NCBI GenBank assembly: GCA_963695095.1
Contig: CAVOFT010000001.1
Location: 2,656,001 to 2,720,000, forward strand
From: an uncultured bacterium
Lineage (GTDB): Bacteria; Krumholzibacteriota; Krumholzibacteriia; JACNKJ01
Direction: 5' to 3'
Length of the DNA stretch: 64,000 bases
Positions 1 through 11,207 of this stretch are shown here, piece by piece (position 1 is the stretch's first letter; every line of letters begins with the position of its first letter). A program made the translations under genes and the position numbers. The notes under the pieces are model-generated. The model was not told the origin of the DNA, did not search any database, and was given only the letters and a program-made list of their open reading frames with translations.

Positions 1-1
1 C

Positions 2-2290
2 GAGGCCGAGGGCTTCCGCAAGATCACCTGGTTCCTGGACCGCCCCGACGTCATGGCCCGCTACACCGTGCGCATCGAGGGCGACAAGCAGCGCTACCCG
101 GTGCTGCTGTCCAACGGCAACCTCATCGAAAGCGGCGCGCTGGCCGGCGGCGGCCACTTCGCCGTCTGGCAGGACCCCTTCCCCAAGCCCTGCTACCTGT
201 TCGCCCTCGTGGCCGGCGACCTCGTGCACCTGGAGGACCGCTTCCGCACGCGCTCGGGCCGCGAGGTCACCCTGCGCATCTACGTGCGAGGCGGCGACCT
301 CGAGAAGACCCCCCACGCCATGCGCTCGCTGAAGAAGTCCATGCAGTGGGACGAGGACACCTACGGCCTCGAGTACGACCTGGACGTGTTCAACATCGTC
401 GCCGTCAGCGACTTCAACATGGGCGCCATGGAGAACAAGTCGCTGAACATCTTCAACTCGAAGTACGTGCTGGCCAGCGAGGAGACGGCCACCGACGCCG
501 ACTACGTGAACGTCGAGGGCGTCATCGCCCACGAGTACTTCCACAACTGGACGGGCAACCGCGTCACGCTGAGCAGCTGGTTCCACCTGAGCCTGAAAGA
601 GGGGCTCACCGTGTTCCGCGACCAGCAGTTCACCGCCGACATGAACTCGGCCGCCGTCAAGCGCATCGACGACGTGCGCACCCTGCGCGCCAGCCAGTTC
701 CCCGAGGACGCGGGGCCGATGGCCCACCCGATCCGCCCGCCCAGCTACATCGAGATGAACAACTTCTACACCACCACGGTCTACGAGAAGGGCGCCGAGG
801 TGATCGGCATGATCCACACCCTCCTGGGCGCCGAGGGCTTCCGCAAGGGGATGGACCTCTACTTCCAGCGCCACGACGGCCAGGCGGTGACCACCGACGA
901 CTTCGTCGCCGCCATGGCCGATGCCACGGGCGTCGACCTCACCCAGTTCAAGCTCTGGTACGATCAGGCCGGCACGCCCACGCTGAAGGTGAGCCGCAGC
1001 TACGACGCCGCGGCCAGGCGCTTCACGCTCACGGTGAAGCAGAGCATCCCCGACACGCCCGGCCAGTCGCACAAGAAGCCCATGCACATTCCCTTCGCCA
1101 TGGGCCTCCTCGACGGCGCCGGCCGCGAGATCCCGCTGCGCCTGGACGGCGAGGCCAAGGCCGGCCCCGGCCACCGCGTGCTCGACCTGCGCGAGGGCGA
1201 GCAGCGCTTCCGCTTCCTCGACGTGCCCGAGGCCCCCGTGCCTTCGCTGCTCCGCGGCTTCTCGGCGCCGGCCTACCTGGAGACGGACCTCTCCCACGCG
1301 GAGCTGAGCTTCCTGATGGGCCACGACCCGGACAGCTTCAACCGCTGGGAGGCGGGGCAGCAGCTGGCTACGAGCCTGCTCCTGGACCTCATCGCCGACC
1401 AGGCCGCCGGCCGCCCGCTCGCGGCCGACCCCGTGCTCATCGAGGCCTTTCGCGCCGTGCTCGAGGACCGCCGGCTCGACCCGGCGCTCGCGGCGATGAC
1501 GCTCACCCTGCCCGACACCAAGACCCTGGCCGAGCGCGTGGCCGTCATCGACCCCGAGGCCATCCACGGCGCCCGCAAGTTTCTGCGCAAGAGCATCGGC
1601 GCCGCCCTGCGCGAGCAGTTCGCGGCCGTCTACGCGGCGAACCAGGACCAGGGGCCCTATCGCCTGGAGCCCGCGGCGATGGGCCGGCGCAGCCTCAAGA
1701 ACTGCGCCCTCGCCTACCTGGTCAGCCAGGAGGACGCCGCCGGCCGCGCGCTCGCGCTCGCGCAGTTCAAGGCCGCCGACAACATGACCGACAGCTTCGC
1801 CGCCCTGGCCGTGCTCAGCGATCAGGCCGGCCCCGAGCGCGAGGAGGCCCTGGCCGCCTTCGACGCCCGCTGGCGCGCGGACGAGCTGGTGATGGACAAG
1901 TGGTTCAGCGTGCAGGCCATGTCCAGCCTGCCCGATACGCTCGCGCAGGTCGAAGCGCTGATGCGCCACGCGGCCTTCGACATCAAGAACCCGAACAAGG
2001 TGCGCGCCCTGATCAGCAGCTTCGCCCACGGCAACCTGCTGCGCTTCAACGCCGCCGACGGCGCCGGCTACCGCTTCATCGCCGAGCGCGTGCTCGAACT
2101 CGACGCGCTGAACCCGCAGGTGGCCGCCCGCCTCGTCGCCTGCTTCAACCGCTGGACGAAGTTCGACGCCGCCCGCCAGCAGATCATGCGCGGCGAGCTG
2201 GAGCGCATCGAGGCCAAGAGCGGCCTCTCGCGCAATGTCTACGAGATCGTCTCCAAGGCCCTGGCGATGGCGCGGGCGGCCACGAGCTAG
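2..2290 (+). CDS. pepN: Aminopeptidase N (M1 family), 5'-truncated by window edge
   Basis: GAMENK exopeptidase motif, HEYFH-x18-E zinc motif and YEKGAEV; the frame is open back to base 2 ([18 protein letters not shown]). Confidence 0.97.
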   Translation, partial: EAEGFRKITWFLDRPDVMARYTVRIEGDKQRYPVLLSNGNLIESGALAGGGHFAVWQDPFPKPCYLFALVAGDLVHLEDRFRTRSGREVTLRIYVRGGDLEKTPHAMRSLKKSMQWDEDTYGLEYDLDVFNIVAVSDFNMGAMENKSLNIFNSKYVLASEETATDADYVNVEGVIAHEYFHNWTGNRVTLSSWFHLSLKEGLTVFRDQQFTADMNSAAVKRIDDVRTLRASQFPEDAGPMAHPIRPPSYIEMNNFYTTTVYEKGAEVIGMIHTLLGAEGFRKGMDLYFQRHDGQAVTTDDFVAAMADATGVDLTQFKLWYDQAGTPTLKVSRSYDAAARRFTLTVKQSIPDTPGQSHKKPMHIPFAMGLLDGAGREIPLRLDGEAKAGPGHRVLDLREGEQRFRFLDVPEAPVPSLLRGFSAPAYLETDLSHAELSFLMGHDPDSFNRWEAGQQLATSLLLDLIADQAAGRPLAADPVLIEAFRAVLEDRRLDPALAAMTLTLPDTKTLAERVAVIDPEAIHGARKFLRKSIGAALREQFAAVYAANQDQGPYRLEPAAMGRRSLKNCALAYLVSQEDAAGRALALAQFKAADNMTDSFAALAVLSDQAGPEREEALAAFDARWRADELVMDKWFSVQAMSSLPDTLAQVEALMRHAAFDIKNPNKVRALISSFAHGNLLRFNAADGAGYRFIAERVLELDALNPQVAARLVACFNRWTKFDAARQQIMRGELERIEAKSGLSRNVYEIVSKALAMARAATS

Positions 2291-3069
2291 GGCAGGGCGA
2301 GCAGGCGCTCGACGAGGGCCAGGCTGGGCGGGGCCAGCTGCATCCGATGGGCCGCGCACCAGGCGGCCAGGGCCGCCGGCGCCGCCGCGGGAAAGTGCAG
2401 CCGGGCGGCCTCATGGGCATCGCTGGCCCGCGCCGCGCGCGCAGCCAGACCGGCGGCATCCAGGCCGACGCGGAAGCGCCAGATGAGCTCGGGCTTCCCC
2501 GCCGCGCTCTCGATGAGCCCAAGCAGGCGGCCGTCTTCCAGCTCCTGGGCACCGAGGCCGAACTCCTCGGCCAGCTCCGTCTCCATGGCAAGCAGGGGAT
2601 CCGGCGCGCCCGCGCGCCAGTGCCGTTCGGGCTCCACGTGCCCCCCGCACACGTGCAGGAGGCCCGCGCCTTCGGCGAGCCGCGCCCCGCGCTCGGCGAC
2701 GGCGAGGCGGCCGTCGGCCGTGAGGACGCCGGCGCAGACGGCCAGGGGCCTCGCCACCGCCTCCTCGCCGAAGCGCATCACCAGCGGCGCGCGCCGGCCC
2801 TGGGCGTGCAGCCAGAGGCGGTAGTCGGTGCGGCCGAGCGCGAGCTGGAGGCGGCCGGCGGCGAAGCGCGCGGCGAGGAGCTGGGCGAGCGGCCCGGGGA
2901 AGCGAAAGACGGCGGGGGACTCGCGCTCGAGAGCCGCCCAGTGCATCTCGGCCTCGGCGACGAGGGCGGCGGGCGCGGGCGGCAGCTCCCGCCAGGCGAC
3001 GGCCAGGGCCGCCGCCGCGGGCAGCTCGCCCTGCCAGAGCCAGCGGTAGGGTGCCGCCCCCGCGTTCAA
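2287..3069 (-). CDS. NUDIX hydrolase, NUDT22-like
   Basis: C-terminal part of the 2287..4116 ORF: LGRTDY, VLTADG, GGHVEP...ELAEEFG Nudix-like box, KPEL. The TTG start overlaps the upstream stop (TTGA at 3066-3069). Confidence 0.7.
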   Translation of the reverse strand: MNAGAAPYRWLWQGELPAAAALAVAWRELPPAPAALVAEAEMHWAALERESPAVFRFPGPLAQLLAARFAAGRLQLALGRTDYRLWLHAQGRRAPLVMRFGEEAVARPLAVCAGVLTADGRLAVAERGARLAEGAGLLHVCGGHVEPERHWRAGAPDPLLAMETELAEEFGLGAQELEDGRLLGLIESAAGKPELIWRFRVGLDAAGLAARAARASDAHEAARLHFPAAAPAALAAWCAAHRMQLAPPSLALVERLLALP

Positions 3070-4031
3070 AGCAGCACCTCGTCGCCGGTCTCGGCGGCCC
3101 GCCGGCAGGCCGCGCAGATGCGCAGGGCCGCCAGCCCCTCGGCGGCGGGAATGGGGTTCGGCCCCGCCCCGCGCAGGTGGCGCTCCCAGTCGGCGAGAAG
3201 CGGCGGCAGGGTGGGCCCCGGCGCCGCCACGGGCAAGGCCTCGGCGCGCGCCCCCACCACGAAGGCCAGCCTGCCGTGGATCTGATCGCCCTGGAGCTGG
3301 CCCGCCTCGCCGACGAATTCGTAGCGACCGCAGCGGGCGGGACCCACCTTGCTCACGTCCACGTTGCCGAGCAGATCCCCTTCCAGGCGCAGCGTGGCGA
3401 GCACCTGATCCTCGAGCTGCGGGTTGAAGCGCCGGCGGCTCTCGGCGCGGACGGCCTGCACCTCGCGCCCGGTGATGAAGCGCAGGGCGTCGAAGAGGTG
3501 CACGGCCGTGTGCAGGATGACGCCGCCGCCGGCCACCGCCGGCTCCGTCAGCCAGGGGTGGCTGGAGCGCTCCAGGCGCTGGTTGGCGCTGAAGCCGCAG
3601 AGGCGCCCGGCGCGGCCCAGCTCGGCGCGCAGGGCGAGGATCACGCTGTTGTAGCGCAGCGTCTGGGCCACGGTGAAGGGCGCTCCCGCCGCCGCCATCG
3701 CGGCCAGCATGGCCTCCCCGGCCGCGGGATCCACGGCGAGCGGCTTCTCGATCAGCAGGGGCTTGCCGGCAGCGGCGCAGGCGGCGGCGATGGCCGGGTT
3801 CAGGTCCGGCGTGGCGGCGGCGATCACGGCGTGCACCGCAGCGTCGGCGACCAGATCCCGCCAGTCGGGATGCCAGCGACAGCTCCAGGCGCGCGCCTGC
3901 TCGGCGCCTGCCCCGCTGCGGCGGCTGATGGCGACCAGGCGCAGCCCGCCCGCTCGCTCGCCGAGGTGCTGCGCGTAGCGGGCGCCGTGAACGCCGCTGC
4001 CGATGAGCCCGACGCCGAGGGCGGCGGCCAC
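3066..4031 (-). CDS. Gfo/Idh/MocA family oxidoreductase
   Basis: N-terminal GLIGSGVHG Rossmann motif, IEKPLA and GGGVILHTAVHLFD. Confidence 0.92.
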   Translation of the reverse strand: MAAALGVGLIGSGVHGARYAQHLGERAGGLRLVAISRRSGAGAEQARAWSCRWHPDWRDLVADAAVHAVIAAATPDLNPAIAAACAAAGKPLLIEKPLAVDPAAGEAMLAAMAAAGAPFTVAQTLRYNSVILALRAELGRAGRLCGFSANQRLERSSHPWLTEPAVAGGGVILHTAVHLFDALRFITGREVQAVRAESRRRFNPQLEDQVLATLRLEGDLLGNVDVSKVGPARCGRYEFVGEAGQLQGDQIHGRLAFVVGARAEALPVAAPGPTLPPLLADWERHLRGAGPNPIPAAEGLAALRICAACRRAAETGDEVLL

Positions 4032-4036
4032 GGCGC

Positions 4037-5197
4037 TCAGTAGAGGAACATCGGCATGCCGAGCACGCCGGCCACCTTGGCCCGGTACTTCTCGCTGTCG
4101 TAGAAGCGCTCGACATTCACCCGCTTCTTGCCCTGCACCGTCTCGCGCAGGGCGACATGGTCGTAGCGGCCCTCCCTCAGACAGACCATGTGGCCGGTCT
4201 GGCCCTTGAGCAGCAGGTCCATGGCCAGGTTGCCGAAGTTGCGCGCCACCATGCGGTCCAGGGAGTCGGGCTTGCCGCTGCGCATCAGGTAGGCCAGCTG
4301 CTGGTAGATGATGTGGCTGCCCGTGTGCCGCTTGATGTACTCGGCCGTGGCGCGGCCGATGCCGCCCAGCTTCTTGTGGCCGTAGGCGTCGGGTTCGCCC
4401 GCCTCCATGATCTCGCCGCCCTCCATCGTGGCGCCCTCGCTGATCGTCACCACGGCGTAGCCGCTCGGGTTGGCCGCCTTGTCGCGGGCGAGCATCTCGC
4501 TCAGGCGGGCGGGATCGAAGGGCACCTCGCTGATCAAGGTGCGGTCCACGTCCGCCAGCCAGCTTGTGATGAGGGCCGTCTCGCCGCTGTTGCGGCCGAA
4601 GAGCTCCACGACGAGGATGCGCTCGTGGCTGCCGGCCGGCGTGCGCAGGTCGTTGATCATGTCCACGCTGCGCGTGACGGCGGTGCTGAAGCCCAGGCAG
4701 TAGTCGGTGCCGAAGACGTCGTTGTCCATCGTCTTGGGAATGGCCACCACCTTGACGCCTTCGCGGTCCAGGCGCTCGGAGTAGCTGAGCGTGTCGTCGC
4801 CGCCGATGGTGACCAGGGCATCCAGGCCCAGGGCGGCGATGTTGGCGAGCACTGCCGGCGTCGCGTCCAGCTTGCCGTCGCGCTCCGCGAGGCTGCTGCC
4901 GGCTAGCGCGGCAGGCAGATCGCCCGGCTTGACGGCGCTGGGCTGCACGCGGCTGGTATGCAGGAAGGTGCCCCCCGCGCGGCTGACCGTGCGCACGGTG
5001 CCCTTGTCCAGGGATTGCAGGTGCTCGGCCCGCGAGGCGGGGTCATCCGGCAGCAGACGGAGCAGGCCCGCCCAGCCGCGGCGGATGCCGATCACCTCGA
5101 TGTCTTCGTCCACCGCGCGCTCGACCACGGCCCGGATGCAGGGGTTGAGACCGGGCACGTCGCCGCCGCCCGTCAAGATGCCGATCCGCTTGGCCAC
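4037..5197 (-). CDS. pfp: 6-phosphofructokinase (PfkA family, PPi-type signature)
   Basis: [24 protein letters not shown] and ELFGR motifs; GTG start at 5197 with GGAGG RBS. Confidence 0.9.
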   Translation of the reverse strand: MAKRIGILTGGGDVPGLNPCIRAVVERAVDEDIEVIGIRRGWAGLLRLLPDDPASRAEHLQSLDKGTVRTVSRAGGTFLHTSRVQPSAVKPGDLPAALAGSSLAERDGKLDATPAVLANIAALGLDALVTIGGDDTLSYSERLDREGVKVVAIPKTMDNDVFGTDYCLGFSTAVTRSVDMINDLRTPAGSHERILVVELFGRNSGETALITSWLADVDRTLISEVPFDPARLSEMLARDKAANPSGYAVVTISEGATMEGGEIMEAGEPDAYGHKKLGGIGRATAEYIKRHTGSHIIYQQLAYLMRSGKPDSLDRMVARNFGNLAMDLLLKGQTGHMVCLREGRYDHVALRETVQGKKRVNVERFYDSEKYRAKVAGVLGMPMFLY

Positions 5198-5340
5198 CGT
5201 GAGACCTCCCGCTATACTCCCGCTGATGTTTCGCCGCTCGCGCCGCCTCCGCAGGCGCGGCGGCCGGAGAGTGTAGCGGCTGTTCGTCCCTGCTGCAAGC
5301 AAGCCGCAGGGCCGGCGGCGGCCAGGCCAGGAGGTGGAGT

Positions 5341-5742
5341 GTGCGAACAGGTCGCGGGATCGACGCGGGGCCGCTGGCCTTGCTCGCTCTCGGCGTGGGC
5401 TTGGCGGCCGGCGGCTGCACTGGCTTCGCCGCGAGCAACGTCGGCGACCCCACCCTGCAGACGCGCCTGGACTTCCAGGCGCGCTTGGACTTGGTGCATC
5501 CCGGCATGCCGGCCGATTCGCTGGAACTGCTCTTCGTCCCGGCTGCCCAGCCGGGCGAGGCGGGCATCCTGCGCCGGACGCGCATCGTCACTGCCGAGGG
5601 CGAGAACGCCACGGTGTCCCTGGGCTGGCGCTCCGATCCCCGCCATCAGCTGGGCCGCAAGACCAGCCGGGAGGTCGAGGTCGAGCGCGCCCTCGTCGTC
5701 ATCGCCGGAGCGCGCGTGGTCAGCATCGAGCGGCGGGACTGA
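5341..5742 (+). CDS. Hypothetical lipoprotein
   Basis: GGAG RBS, hydrophobic signal with lipobox LAAGGC, GC3-rich codons. Confidence 0.65.
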   Translation: MRTGRGIDAGPLALLALGVGLAAGGCTGFAASNVGDPTLQTRLDFQARLDLVHPGMPADSLELLFVPAAQPGEAGILRRTRIVTAEGENATVSLGWRSDPRHQLGRKTSREVEVERALVVIAGARVVSIERRD

Positions 5743-5793
5743 GGCAGTCCCGCCTGGCTGCCCCCTCGGGAGCAGACCCCCAGGCGCGGCCCG

Positions 5794-8673
<2,880 letters not shown>

Positions 8674-8884
8674 GGCGCTCTCCTATGGATAATTCGTCGC
8701 CAAGTGTCGCTCTCTGGTAAAGGGCGGGACTAGACCAAATATAACAGCTTCGCGGGAGGGCGAAGGGGCGGCGGTCGCCCGCACTCGGCACGGGCTGACT
8801 GCGCGCTGCCGGCCAGGCCGAGAGTCCTCTGGCCGCGGCGCCAATCCCTTGATTGCAAAGAGTTTGGCGCCATTGGAGCCCCTT

Positions 8885-8931
8885 ACACAATATGTAGGGG
8901 TACCCAGCTATGTAGCTACGACATGCAGGAG
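8885..8931 (-). promoter_or_regulatory. Tandem NrdR boxes upstream of nrdJ
   Basis: ACACAATATGTAGGGG (8885-8900) matches the consensus acaCwAtATaTwGtgt. A weaker copy, CTACGACATGCAGGAG, starts 31 bp later (8916) and abuts a minus-strand TTGACA (8933-8938). Confidence 0.7.
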
Positions 8932-9132
8932 GTGTCAATCGGATTCGCTGGCGACCGGCGAGAAAAGCGGAGAGGGCTGCTGCCAAGAAAAACCCCGAAG
9001 CCATAACGGATTCGGGGCCTTGCGGTTGTCCAGCTGCAGAGACGGATGGAGCGGACTCCAGCCCTTCGCTAGGACTCGCCGAGTATACCATTCCTCCGCC
9101 AGCGGGGTCAACCAGCCTACCCCTGCCTCTCG

Positions 9133-9546
9133 CTAGCCGCCCAGGTGAGCGGCGATGCGCTCGGCGAGCTGCGCGAGCTCCGCGGCAGGGGCCGTCCCCG
9201 GCTGCCAGGGGCCCTTGAGGTCATCCCCACGCCAGCGGGGCAGGATGTGGAGATGAAAATGAGGCACGACCTGACCCGCTGCGCCACCATTGGATTGGTG
9301 CAGGTTGAAGCCCTCGGCGCCCGTGGCGGCGACGAGCGCCTTCGCCACGCGCTGGGCGGCGGCGAAGACCGCGTCGCGGTCGGCTGGCGGCAGCTCCAGA
9401 AAAGTCTCGGCATGGGCCTTGGGAATGACGAGGCTGTGCCCCGGTGTCCCCGGCTGGATGTCCAGAAAGGCGAGGACGCGCTCGTCCGCGAAGAGTCGAT
9501 ACGCTGGCAGCGCGCCGGCGGCAATCCGACAGAAAACGCAATCCAC
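9133..9546 (-). CDS. HIT family nucleotide hydrolase
   Basis: Starts (V/M)DCVFCRI after a GGAGG RBS; GQVVPHFHLHILPR histidine triad. Confidence 0.95.
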   Translation of the reverse strand: MDCVFCRIAAGALPAYRLFADERVLAFLDIQPGTPGHSLVIPKAHAETFLELPPADRDAVFAAAQRVAKALVAATGAEGFNLHQSNGGAAGQVVPHFHLHILPRWRGDDLKGPWQPGTAPAAELAQLAERIAAHLGG

Positions 9547-9652
9547 GGCGACCACCTCCGCCAGGCATTGTGCCCTCCGCCCGGGAGCCTGTAAAGGTGC
9601 ACTTGCCTGCTGCCGAAAAGGCCGCTATCGTCCAGCCGGCGGAGGAATCCCG

Positions 9653-10405
9653 ATGTGCAACCCTGCCCTGGTTCTGGCGGCGACTGCCCGCCGCGCCGCT
9701 GGCGCGCTGCTTGTCGTAGCGCTCGGCGCAGGCGGCGCCAGCGGCCTGTCGCCGACTCACGTCGAGACTTCCCTGCGCTTCCTCGAGTACGATGCCCCTG
9801 CTGGGCTGCTGGCCTACGAGGTCACGCTGCGCAATCTCTCCAACCTGCCCGTTTCGTCCCTGCTCCTGACGGCGGAGCCTGTCTGCGTCGAGGGCCCTTT
9901 CGCGGTCGTCGAACTGGCGCGGGAGCAGCAGGCCAGCCGCCGCTTCACCTTCCCGATGCCGGCGGACAGCCAGGTCCTGCAGCCGCGCTTCGACCTCGAG
10001 TACACGAATTTCGAGGGTGAGCGGATCCGCGTGCCGGCCTCGCGCCCGCCTTTGCTGACCAACGTGGACTTCGCGGCAGTGGATCTGGAGACGGGGCGCG
10101 TTTCGCTGCGGGTCGACTTGCAGAACCCCGGCGCGGAGGGCCTGCTCTTCGTCGAACTCTGGGTGGAGAACCCGGGCCTGGCCGAAGGAACGCTACGGCT
10201 CGGCGATCTTTCCCCCGGCCAGCGGTTGAGCCTGGAACTGCCCTTGGCGCTGCCGCCGGGGGAGCTCTTCTTCAACCCCACGCTTCACTTCAGCTACCAC
10301 GCCTTCAGGGCCGAGGGGACGCGGCTGCACCGCAGCTTCCTGACCCTCCTGCAGCCGCGCCTCGATCGCGTGGCGGCCTCGCTCGCCGGCCAGTCCAGGC
10401 CCTGA
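9653..10405 (+). CDS. Hypothetical secreted protein, two Ig/CARDB-like halves
   Basis: GGAGGA RBS, signal peptide and two similar beta-rich units (VTLRNLS...QPRFDLEY; VDLQNPG...NPTLHFSY). Confidence 0.65.
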   Translation: MCNPALVLAATARRAAGALLVVALGAGGASGLSPTHVETSLRFLEYDAPAGLLAYEVTLRNLSNLPVSSLLLTAEPVCVEGPFAVVELAREQQASRRFTFPMPADSQVLQPRFDLEYTNFEGERIRVPASRPPLLTNVDFAAVDLETGRVSLRVDLQNPGAEGLLFVELWVENPGLAEGTLRLGDLSPGQRLSLELPLALPPGELFFNPTLHFSYHAFRAEGTRLHRSFLTLLQPRLDRVAASLAGQSRP

Positions 10406-10426
10406 GGCGGGGCCACTTCCTAGCAC

Positions 10427-10460
10427 GAAAACGGCCCTCTTATCAGAGATAAGAGGGCCG
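10427..10460 (-). terminator. Intrinsic terminator
   Basis: 13-bp perfect inverted repeat CGGCCCTCTTATC/GATAAGAGGGCCG followed by TTTTC on the minus strand. Confidence 0.7.
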
Positions 10461-10577
10461 CGCCACCACTCCTCTTGACTCCAGACTCGGCGAACCGAGT
10501 CCTTTGCGGGAAGGCGGAGTCCCCATGACGCTCCCCCTCCCCTTGGCCCTTTGGAATGATACCGGATACTCGGGCAG
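10428..10577 (-). ncRNA. Candidate sigma54-dependent small RNA (about 150 nt)
   Basis: Bounded by a -24/-12 motif and a terminator. Contains a GACTCGG-TTCG-CCGAGTC hairpin enclosed by a GACTCC/GGAGTC stem. Confidence 0.5.
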
Positions 10578-10586
10578 TCATGCTTT

Positions 10587-10603
10587 GGCAGGATGCGTGC
10601 CAA
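10587..10603 (-). promoter_or_regulatory. sigma54 (-24/-12) promoter
   Basis: TTGGCACGCATCCTGCC = TGGCACG-N4-cTGC with exact GG-N10-GC spacing; IHF-like AATCAAGTTGCTG at 10651-10663 upstream. Confidence 0.65.
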
Positions 10604-10715
10604 TCACCTCTCCGGGCAAGGCCGCCACCAATCCGTAACCAGCTGTATTCAATCAAGTTGCTGGACCTCCCCCAGATCGCTGGCGGAACTCGAAGCCTTC
10701 AGCACGAGGAATAGT

Positions 10716-10754
10716 AAAAAAAAGAGGTGGCGTAAAGGATCTTTACGCCACCTC
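10716..10754 (-). terminator. Intrinsic terminator of the bEBP/small secreted protein unit
   Basis: 14-bp stem GAGGTGGCGTAAAG/CTTTACGCCACCTC followed by T8 on the minus strand, about 20 nt after the stop at 10776. Confidence 0.9.
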
Positions 10755-10775
10755 GATTCCCAAGGGAGCCCGGCC

Positions 10776-11141
10776 CTACTCCAGCTTCTCGTTGTGCCCC
10801 GTGACATTGTCGCTGTTGAAGCGCCAGCGGCGGCCGCTCAGCACCCCATCGTGCAGGGTGATCGGATCGTTGCCCGCGCTCGTCCAGATGAACTTCACCT
10901 GCTCGATGCTGTAGCCATCCAGCGGCTGCAGATAGCCCCAGACCCGAGCCGGCGTGATCCCCTCGAAGCTGATCTCGAGCCGCTGGGTCGTGACGACGGT
11001 GAAGTCCTCGCCGGCGAATGAAAAGTGCGTCATGCCCGGATCGACGACGATGGTGTACAGAGGGCCCTCGGCTGGCGCGAGCGCGCTCGTCGCGATCAGG
11101 CAGAACAGGGCCAGCGATGCGATCTTGAGCAGGTTCTTCAT
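10776..11141 (-). CDS. Small secreted hypothetical protein
   Basis: GAGGAGG RBS, classic Sec signal (MKNLLKIASLALFCLIATSALA), followed by a terminator. Confidence 0.85.
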   Translation of the reverse strand: MKNLLKIASLALFCLIATSALAPAEGPLYTIVVDPGMTHFSFAGEDFTVVTTQRLEISFEGITPARVWGYLQPLDGYSIEQVKFIWTSAGNDPITLHDGVLSGRRWRFNSDNVTGHNEKLE

Positions 11142-11207
11142 GGGCGAGCCTCCTCAGGGCCAGTTGTTGAGGGCTTGGCGGCGCTGCCTATACCCCTTCG
11201 CTTGCGC

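Noticed and set aside
346..3285. Very long alternative-frame and antisense ORFs (also 5824-8733, 12798-15827, 50544-52850 and many others)
   Set aside because: They are Arg/Pro/Ala/Gly-rich shadows of real genes, caused by stop-codon scarcity at high GC, and carry no motifs.
10585..10601. Plus-strand reading of the sigma54 motif (TTGGCAGGATGCGTGCC)
   Set aside because: The site is quasi-palindromic, but the minus strand has the better TGGCACG match and leads to a terminator-bounded unit, whereas the plus strand leads to no gene.
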